Virus record (IMG/VR): IMGVR_UViG_2563366799_000010
Location: 1 to 45,378 of that record
DNA length: 45,378 bases
Direction: 5' to 3' (one strand)
From: a virus
Lineage: Duplodnaviria; Heunggongvirae; Uroviricota; Caudoviricetes
Shown one piece after another: positions 39,263-45,378 of the stretch. Positions within the stretch are counted from its first letter, which is position 1. Each line of letters opens with the position of its first letter. The position numbers and the translations under genes were made by a program. A model generated the notes under the pieces. It was given only the letters and a program-made list of their open reading frames with translations, did not search any database and was not told where the DNA came from.

Positions 39263-39550
39263 GTGAATATGAAAGAGTTTAAGGGTACGCCTGGTAAATG
39301 GAAGTACACGGTTAGAAACGTCAACGAGATGATGACTACGTTCCATGGTGTGACGATTGGTGACACATACATTGAAGCAGCAACAAGAAATGAAAGGGAG
39401 GATGCGCTACTGATAGCAGCAGCTCCTGATTTGCTTGAAGCTCTGCAAGCGATGCTAAACAAGGCATACAAGCAAAACTGGAATGACCATTATCCTGATG
39501 AAGTATCGAAAGCACAGTCAGCAATTAGCAAAGCTCTTGGGGATAAGTAA
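39263..39550 (+). CDS. Hypothetical early protein
   Basis: 95-aa ORF with a GAGG RBS. Confidence 0.4.
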   Translation: MNMKEFKGTPGKWKYTVRNVNEMMTTFHGVTIGDTYIEAATRNEREDALLIAAAPDLLEALQAMLNKAYKQNWNDHYPDEVSKAQSAISKALGDK

Positions 39551-39738
39551 TGAAAGTAAAAATAACTGCTTCTAATACCAGTTTTGTTAGTGTTGGTGAT
39601 ATTACAGAAGTAATAACAAACCATGATGGAACCCAAGTTATGTGGTCTGATTTTTGTAAAAGATATGAGCGAGTCACTTGGTGTAAACTCGTATGGGGCG
39701 TCGAATACGAAGAATTACCTGAAATGCATGACGAATAA
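39550..39738 (+). CDS. Small hypothetical protein
   Basis: 62-aa ORF with ATGA-type coupling to the upstream gene. Confidence 0.3.
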   Translation: MKVKITASNTSFVSVGDITEVITNHDGTQVMWSDFCKRYERVTWCKLVWGVEYEELPEMHDE

Positions 39739-39869
39739 GCACTGTGTATTCATTCCAACGAGTGAATACACGGAGCAATGTCGCTCGTAACTAAACAGGA
39801 GCCGACTTGTTCTGATTATTGGAAATCTTCTTTGCCCTCCAATGTGAGGGCGATTTTTTTGATGGAGGA

Positions 39870-40841
39870 TATATGAGTGAAGTAACAGATTTAGTTGTTA
39901 TTGAAAAAGCAAATGCAATGATTGTATTTCAGTCTGCTGACCAGATTGAAGAAATTCTCCAAAAGGTTGAACGTGAAGTTATGTCCTTTGTGCCTGATAT
40001 CACAACGGCAAAGGGCAGAAAGGAGATCGCTTCTCTGGCGTATAAAGTTGCGCAGACGAAAACATATCTCGATGGTCTTGGCAAAGACCTTGTTGCTGAA
40101 CTGAAGGAAATTCCAAAGCTAATTGATGCCAACCGCAAGACAGTGCGTGATCGCCTTGATGAGCTGAAAGCCAAGGCACGCCAGCCTCTTACTGATTATG
40201 AGGAAGAACAGGCGCGGATTAAAGCCGAAGAAGAAGCTAAGGCAGCAGCTGAAGCTCTCGCAAAGCAAATTGAGTCTGACCATGAAATAGCTATTTTGAT
40301 GGATCGCGAATTTGACCGCCAAAGAGAAGAGGCAAGACTCAAAGCGGAGCAGGAAAAGCGAGAGCATGAAGAACGCTTAAAAAGAGAAGCTGAAGAGAAA
40401 GCCAGAGCAGAAGCCGAAGCAAAGGCAAAAGCCGAAATTGAAGCAGCAGCAAGGCGAGAAGCAGAAGCTAAGGCCGCAGCGGAACGTGCAGAGCGTGAAC
40501 GCATTGAAGCCGAGCAACGAGCACAGCGCGAAGCAAAAGAGGCAGCAGAACGAGCTGAAAGAGAAAAGCAGGCAGCAATTGAAGCAGAACGCAGAAAAGC
40601 ACAGGAGGAGGCTGAACGAATCCGTCGCGAGGCTGAAGCAAAAGAGCAAGCCAGAATCGCAGAAGAAAAAAGAATCAAGGACGAAGAAGAGCACAGAGCA
40701 AAGGATAAAGCTCGCCGGAAAGAAGTAAATAACAAAATACTTGCTGACCTTATCAAGGTTGGCGCATCAGAAGATGTTGCTAAAAATATCATAACAGCCA
40801 TCGTAAAAGGCGAAGTATTCGCAACAAAAATAACCTACTAA
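39870..40841 (+). CDS. Coiled-coil protein with long E/A/K/R-rich repeat region
   Basis: Start at the internal ATG with a GGAGG RBS; residues about 120-290 are charged low-complexity repeats (AEAKAKAE...). Confidence 0.5.
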   Translation, partial: YMSEVTDLVVIEKANAMIVFQSADQIEEILQKVEREVMSFVPDITTAKGRKEIASLAYKVAQTKTYLDGLGKDLVAELKEIPKLIDANRKTVRDRLDELKAKARQPLTDYEEEQARIKAEEEAKAAAEALAKQIESDHEIAILMDREFDRQREEARLKAEQEKREHEERLKREAEEKARAEAEAKAKAEIEAAARREAEAKAAAERAERERIEAEQRAQREAKEAAERAEREKQAAIEAERRKAQEEAERIRREAEAKEQARIAEEKRIKDEEEHRAKDKARRKEVNNKILADLIKVGASEDVAKNIITAIVKGEVFATKITY

Positions 40842-40865
40842 TAAAACCAACATAAGGAACCACCC

Positions 40866-41012
40866 ATGATTTACGCAATCGCGGGAGGCGCTCGCATGGG
40901 TGCCTTCCAACTAAATGAATCTTTACTTGAACGAATCACCCGTAAATTACGTGACGGATGGAAACGACTCATCGACGTACTTAATCAGCCAGGAGTTCCA
41001 AAAAATGGATAA
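40866..41012 (+). CDS. cIII: CIII (FtsH inhibitor)
   Basis: 48-aa ORF found by hand translation; core ESLLERITRKLRDGWKRLIDVLNQPGVPKNG matches lambda CIII as recalled. Confidence 0.7.
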   Translation: MIYAIAGGARMGAFQLNESLLERITRKLRDGWKRLIDVLNQPGVPKNG

Positions 41013-41118
41013 AACACTTATGGCTATTCAGACTAAATTCACTATCGCCACTTTTATTGGCGATGAAAAGATGTTTCGTGAGGCCGTCGAAGCCTACAGA
41101 AAATGGAGGTCTAAATGA
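41005..41118 (+). CDS. kil: Kil-like small protein
   Basis: 37 aa; resembles lambda Kil N-terminus as recalled; overlaps the cIII stop. Confidence 0.5.
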   Translation: MDKTLMAIQTKFTIATFIGDEKMFREAVEAYRKWRSK

Positions 41119-41303
41119 TTCCGGTAGAGCTGGCGAAAACTCCAGAGTTAAGTCGATTAAAAAGAGAATATCACATTGCTGAGGCTCGTTACTGGCGTAA
41201 AGCGGGAGATAAATCAAAGAAACAACTTTGTTTATGGCAAGCACAAAGAGAGCGCATGAATGAGCGCGAATTTCTTTCCTCCCCATCCGAATTACCATTC
41301 TGA
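41115..41303 (+). CDS. Small hypothetical protein
   Basis: 62-aa ORF coupled to the upstream gene. Confidence 0.3.
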   Translation: MIPVELAKTPELSRLKREYHIAEARYWRKAGDKSKKQLCLWQAQRERMNEREFLSSPSELPF

Positions 41304-41311
41304 GGTGAATT

Positions 41312-42019
41312 ATGGATTTGAACAAATTCGATGAGCCATTCAGCCCTGAAGATATCGAATGGCGAATACAGCAAAGCGGTAAAACACGCGATGGCAAGGT
41401 GTGGGCTATGGTGCTGGCTTATGTCACGAACCGGGCAATCATGAAGCGCCTGGACGATGTTTGCGGCAAAGCAGGATGGCGCAATGAATACCGCGATATT
41501 CCCAACAACGGCGGAGTTGAATGCGGCATATCAATCAAGATTGATTCCGAATGGGTAACCAAATGGGATGCTGCTGAAAACACGCAGGTAGAAGCCGTCA
41601 AAGGTGGTCGTTCCGGTGCAATGAAGCGCGCTGCCGTTCAGTGGGGAATCGGTCGGTATCTGTATAACCTTGAGGAAGGTTTCGCACAAACATCTCTCGA
41701 TAAAAAGCAGGGATGGCACAGGGCAAAACTCAAGGATGGAACAGGATTTTACTGGCTCCCTCCATCGCTGCCGGGATGGGCAATCCCAGCATCAGATAAC
41801 AAACCATCACCAGAAAATACCAACCAGAAATCTCCATCGGTTGACTGCGAACAAATCCTGAAAGACTTCAGCGATTATGCATCAACAGAAACTGACAAGA
41901 AAAAACTCATCGAGCGTTATCAGCGTGACTGGCAATTAATGGCTGGCAACGAGGAGGCGCAGGCTAAATGCGTTCAGGTAATGAACATCAGAGTTAACGA
42001 ACTAAAACAGGCGGCATAA
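41312..42019 (+). CDS. Putative ssDNA-annealing recombinase (Rad52/Erf-like)
   Basis: 235-aa ORF in the position of lambda bet/exo, immediately upstream of ssb. Confidence 0.4.
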   Translation: MDLNKFDEPFSPEDIEWRIQQSGKTRDGKVWAMVLAYVTNRAIMKRLDDVCGKAGWRNEYRDIPNNGGVECGISIKIDSEWVTKWDAAENTQVEAVKGGRSGAMKRAAVQWGIGRYLYNLEEGFAQTSLDKKQGWHRAKLKDGTGFYWLPPSLPGWAIPASDNKPSPENTNQKSPSVDCEQILKDFSDYASTETDKKKLIERYQRDWQLMAGNEEAQAKCVQVMNIRVNELKQAA

Positions 42020-42493
42020 ATGGCAAGCAGAGGCGTAAATAAGGTGATTATCCTTGGTCGGGTAGGACAAGACCCGGAAGTTCGATACTCACCATCAGGA
42101 ACAGCGTTCGCTAACCTGACAATAGCCACGTCAGAACAATGGCGAGATAAAAATACTGGCGAGCAAAAGGAGCAGACGGAGTGGCACCGCGTGGTAATGA
42201 GCGGGAAACTGGCAGAAATTGCCAGCGAATATCTGCGAAAAGGCTCTGAGGTTTATCTTGAAGGCAAATTGCGGACAAGAAAATGGCAGGATCAAAGCGG
42301 ACAGGATCGGTTCACTACCGAAGTTATCGTAGGCGTTGATGGAACCATGCAAATGCTTGGTGGCAAGCAAGGAGGCAATGAACAGTCTTCACCTCAGCGA
42401 AATAACGGTCAGCAACAAAGACAGCAATCTCAGCAGCAGGGGAATCACAGCGAACCACCTATGAACTTCGACGATTCGGATATTCCGTTCTAG
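42020..42493 (+). CDS. ssb: Single-stranded DNA-binding protein
   Basis: OB-fold N-terminus, Gly/Gln-rich linker and acidic C-terminal tail DDSDIPF. Confidence 0.85.
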   Translation: MASRGVNKVIILGRVGQDPEVRYSPSGTAFANLTIATSEQWRDKNTGEQKEQTEWHRVVMSGKLAEIASEYLRKGSEVYLEGKLRTRKWQDQSGQDRFTTEVIVGVDGTMQMLGGKQGGNEQSSPQRNNGQQQRQQSQQQGNHSEPPMNFDDSDIPF

Positions 42494-42502
42494 GAGCTGA
42501 AT

Positions 42503-42982
42503 ATGAAAATCTGCTCAAGATGCCATCAACAGAAGGAAGAAATGGACTTTCAAATCAGAAGAGCATCCAGAGATGGATTAACTGCCGCTTGCCGGGCTTG
42601 CCTGGCTGAATACGACAAAGAACGCGCTGGATTGCCACATCGAGTATCAGCAAGGAGAGAATATCAATCATCGGAACGCGGAAGAGAACGGTGTAACGCA
42701 GCCAAAAAGCGGTTCATTCAGAGCAACCCATGGAAAAGAAAAGCCCACATCATTGTGGGTAATTTTTTGCGCGACGGTAAGCTAATCCGACCACCACAAT
42801 GTGAGTGCTGCGGATCAGAATGTAAACCACAGGCGCACCACTGCGACTACAGCAAACCAACCGATGTGATGTGGCTCTGCAAGTCATGTCATGTCGAGTG
42901 GCACAAACATAACAAACCTATCTACCCAGACGAGGAACCAGTAACTCTCCCCTTCCCTCGTCACGCTATTCACGCAATTTAA
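42503..42982 (+). CDS. Zinc-finger protein, possible HNH-type nuclease
   Basis: Several CxxC pairs and an AHHCDY...CKSCH..WH segment. Confidence 0.35.
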   Translation: MKICSRCHQQKEEMDFQIRRASRDGLTAACRACLAEYDKERAGLPHRVSARREYQSSERGRERCNAAKKRFIQSNPWKRKAHIIVGNFLRDGKLIRPPQCECCGSECKPQAHHCDYSKPTDVMWLCKSCHVEWHKHNKPIYPDEEPVTLPFPRHAIHAI

Positions 42983-42995
42983 TCAGGAGAAAATC

Positions 42996-43289
42996 ATGCC
43001 AGCGCCTCTGTATGGTGCGGATGACGCGCGCCGCTGTTCCGGCAATTCCGTATCGGAGGTGCTGGATAAATTCAGGAAAAACTACGACCAGATAATGTCT
43101 CTACCGCAGGAAACGAAAGATGAAAAGGAATTTCGCCACTGTATATGGCTTGCAGAGAAAGAAGAACGCGAGCGAATTTACCAGACATCAATCCGACCAT
43201 TCCGCAAAGCCACATATACCCACTTCCCTGAAATTGACCCGCGCCTGCGTAATTACCGCTCACGCTATGGCGCTATCAGTAATGACTGA
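42996..43289 (+). CDS. Hypothetical protein
   Basis: 97-aa ORF with an AGGAG RBS. Confidence 0.4.
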   Translation: MPAPLYGADDARRCSGNSVSEVLDKFRKNYDQIMSLPQETKDEKEFRHCIWLAEKEERERIYQTSIRPFRKATYTHFPEIDPRLRNYRSRYGAISND

Positions 43290-43299
43290 GGAATTTACC

Positions 43300-43464
43300 A
43301 TGAGAGGACTTGCATACAATCCCGGCATTCTTCCGGCAGAAATGATTATTCGCCAACGCGTAAAGCCAATGCCATCAAGAGAGGAATTGCTTAAGAGAAA
43401 TTCTTTTCCATCAGTGAATCAAAACAAATATCTGAATGCGATGTGGCGGAGTGGGAAGAAATGA
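43300..43464 (+). CDS. Small hypothetical protein
   Basis: Internal ATG with a GAGGAA RBS; stop overlaps the next start (ATGA). Confidence 0.3.
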   Translation: MRGLAYNPGILPAEMIIRQRVKPMPSREELLKRNSFPSVNQNKYLNAMWRSGKK

Positions 43465-44177
43465 AACAAATGTCACTAATTGAGATGGATGGATTTCTGA
43501 AAGGAAAATGCATCCCGCGAGACTTAAAGGTTAACGAAACAAACGCTGAATATCTGGTGCGTAAATTTGGTGAGCTTGAATCAAAGATTGCATTACTTGA
43601 AGTGCAATTAAAGCTATCGGAAGCAGCAGAAAGAGCATGGGAGTCATCAATGATGCAGGCTTGCGGCGAAGACGGGCCGAAATCAGTGGCTGATAAGTTT
43701 GCCGAACTTGAAGCCAAGTGCGCGGCGCTGGCTGCTGAAAGCTCGGCTACAAATGACCGGCTGCAGAAGCTCATTCAAATCATCAGCAATGCTGACAACG
43801 ACTACTGCATGTGTGGTGATGCGATGAAAAGCCACGTTCACGGAGGATGCGGACACCCTACGGGAATGTTTGATTATCACTACAATCAGTGGCTTCAAGC
43901 TGAAAATCAAACCCCATCGGCCATCGACGCTTTCCTGGCTGAAGTGAAGACTGAAGCACGCAAGGAGGGAGCTTACTTTGTGGCGAACAGAATGCTGGCT
44001 GCCTGGGAAGCTGGTTTTATTGATGATACTGCGAAGAACGCCGCTGATATTGCCCGGATGATTCTTACCTCTACTGAGTTTATGGCTAATGCGCCGGAAG
44101 GCGATTTTGACCGCTCATTCTCTGATGGCGTACTCGAAGACATCGCTGCCCAGCTTCGCAAAGGAGTGCAGTCATGA
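43461..44177 (+). CDS. Hypothetical protein with coiled-coil N-terminus and Cys/His cluster
   Basis: About 238-aa ORF containing [18 protein letters not shown]. Confidence 0.4.
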   Translation: MKQMSLIEMDGFLKGKCIPRDLKVNETNAEYLVRKFGELESKIALLEVQLKLSEAAERAWESSMMQACGEDGPKSVADKFAELEAKCAALAAESSATNDRLQKLIQIISNADNDYCMCGDAMKSHVHGGCGHPTGMFDYHYNQWLQAENQTPSAIDAFLAEVKTEARKEGAYFVANRMLAAWEAGFIDDTAKNAADIARMILTSTEFMANAPEGDFDRSFSDGVLEDIAAQLRKGVQS

Positions 44178-44434
44178 GCATTCTTGAAATTCTAAACACT
44201 GGCCTCGCTCTGATGGGGTGGTTATTCATCATGTTCAAAACGGGCCAGTGGTTTATCTCCATTGCGCTAAAGCAGTGGGATAAGCGTAGAAAGCTATCTC
44301 GTAGACAGAAGGCAGTAAACGAATTTTACGATGCGTTTGACCTGTCCAGCATCGAACCAGGAACAACGGTGCGCCTGGCGACTAAAGGCGATCTGACAAT
44401 CATGATGTATCGCACAGAAGGATCCGCCCAATGA
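44174..44434 (+). CDS. Small membrane protein
   Basis: 86 aa with one N-terminal transmembrane helix; ATGA coupling. Confidence 0.4.
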   Translation: MSILEILNTGLALMGWLFIMFKTGQWFISIALKQWDKRRKLSRRQKAVNEFYDAFDLSSIEPGTTVRLATKGDLTIMMYRTEGSAQ

Positions 44435-45030
44435 GCAACATCAACAAACAGGCGCTGCGTGGTCAGAGCGTCGAAGGTTCGTATTACCTGGCAGAATGTG
44501 GTCATTGTGGCGAGATGTACCCAAGTAACAAGCTGGATGGAGGTGAGTCGCTATTTTCCGGCGATTACGGTGAATGCTTCTGCCACCTCTGTGGCGCTGA
44601 TGATTCTGATATTGCAGATAACGGCGCGTGGGGTTCTGAGGCTGTAACAGCATGGAATTATCAGCAGAAGCGTATCGAAGCGCTGCTGGATGAGAACTAC
44701 AGGCTGACTGCGGAGCGTGATGCTCTGCGAGAAAACATAGGCGGTGACAACACCCGTGCAGCTGCTGATATTTACTTCCAACTGGTCGAGGAGTGCGAAA
44801 TTCCTGCTGGCGGATCTCTGGTCGAATACGTTGATGATATGCGCGAGAAGCTGGAAGCCGCAGAGAAGCGCATTGCAGAACTGGAAGCACGGGAAATATC
44901 GCTCCCAGAACGTAGCAGCATGCTTCATCGAACAGATTTCCACGAGGATTACCAAACGGTAATGGCATACAAAGTTTCTGAAGTCATCGCTGCAATCCGC
45001 GCTGCAGGCATTCGCATCAAAGGAGAGTGA
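44431..45030 (+). CDS. Hypothetical protein with N-terminal Cys cluster and C-terminal coiled coil
   Basis: 199-aa ORF (CGHCG...CHLCG). Confidence 0.4.
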   Translation: MSNINKQALRGQSVEGSYYLAECGHCGEMYPSNKLDGGESLFSGDYGECFCHLCGADDSDIADNGAWGSEAVTAWNYQQKRIEALLDENYRLTAERDALRENIGGDNTRAAADIYFQLVEECEIPAGGSLVEYVDDMREKLEAAEKRIAELEAREISLPERSSMLHRTDFHEDYQTVMAYKVSEVIAAIRAAGIRIKGE

Positions 45031-45110
45031 TATGAGCACTGGATGATATGGGCGCAGATAGCACATGCAGACGTAACCAATATTCGAATTGAAGAACTGA
45101 AAGAACACCA

Positions 45111-45133
45111 AGCCGCCTGATGGCGGTTTTTTA
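45111..45133 (+). terminator. Rho-independent terminator-like hairpin
   Basis: AGCCGCC-TGAT-GGCGGTT stem-loop followed by TTTTTTATTG. Confidence 0.45.
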
Positions 45134-45177
45134 TTGCCTGATTTGCAGGTTCGATTCCCTATTCGGAGATAGCACTC

Positions 45178-45378
45178 ATGCAACACGAACTACAGCCTGA
45201 TTCACTGGTTGATTTGAAATTCATCATGGCCGATACTGGCTTCGGTAAAACCTTCATCTATGACCGGATTAAGTCCGGGGACCTGCCTAAAGCCAAAGTT
45301 ATCCACGGGCGAGCAAGATGGTTATATCGTGACCATTGTGAATTCAAAAATAAGCTCTTAAGCCGCGCCAATGGGTAA
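45178..45378 (+). CDS. AlpA-family DNA-binding regulator / putative excisionase
   Basis: 66-aa ORF with an AlpA-type helix-turn-helix region; located at the prophage end distal to int. Confidence 0.5.
   Translation: MQHELQPDSLVDLKFIMADTGFGKTFIYDRIKSGDLPKAKVIHGRARWLYRDHCEFKNKLLSRANG

Noticed and set aside
40196-40801. Minus-strand ORFs of 201 and 105 aa rich in Ser/Ala/Cys/Phe
   Set aside because: Antisense artefacts of the repetitive region encoding the plus-strand coiled-coil protein.

Overview
The window is the junction of host DNA (FNT-family transporter gene yfdC and tRNA-Arg(CCU) argW) with an apparently complete, mosaic lambdoid prophage integrated at argW, running to the window end. 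All calls come from reading the supplied ORF translations and the sequence by eye; no searches were run, and start codons are approximate (+/- a few nt). Left to right: a P4-type tyrosine integrase next to argW; a contractile-tail module on the minus strand (tail fiber assembly, fiber, baseplate, tape measure, chaperone with a -1 frameshift site, tube, sheath); head genes (capsid, scaffold, morphogenesis, portal, terminase); a lysis cassette with holin S and endolysin R matching phage lambda as recalled; lambda-like Q with pR'; a nin region; DnaC-like and O-like replication genes with origin iterons inside O; cII, cro, divergent operators and cI; then an N-like gene with P22-type boxB hairpins and an early-left operon (cIII, kil-like, Rad52-like annealing protein, SSB, AlpA-like regulator). 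The most interesting cargo is an AT-rich two-gene operon immediately downstream of cI, in the slot where lambda carries rexAB: a small protein with a Pol-beta-type nucleotidyltransferase motif plus a 310-aa partner with no recognisable motifs, which I propose as a candidate undescribed defense or toxin-antitoxin module. A second candidate is a self-contained moron (own AT-rich upstream region and terminator) inserted inside the baseplate gene block, next to a secreted small protein.
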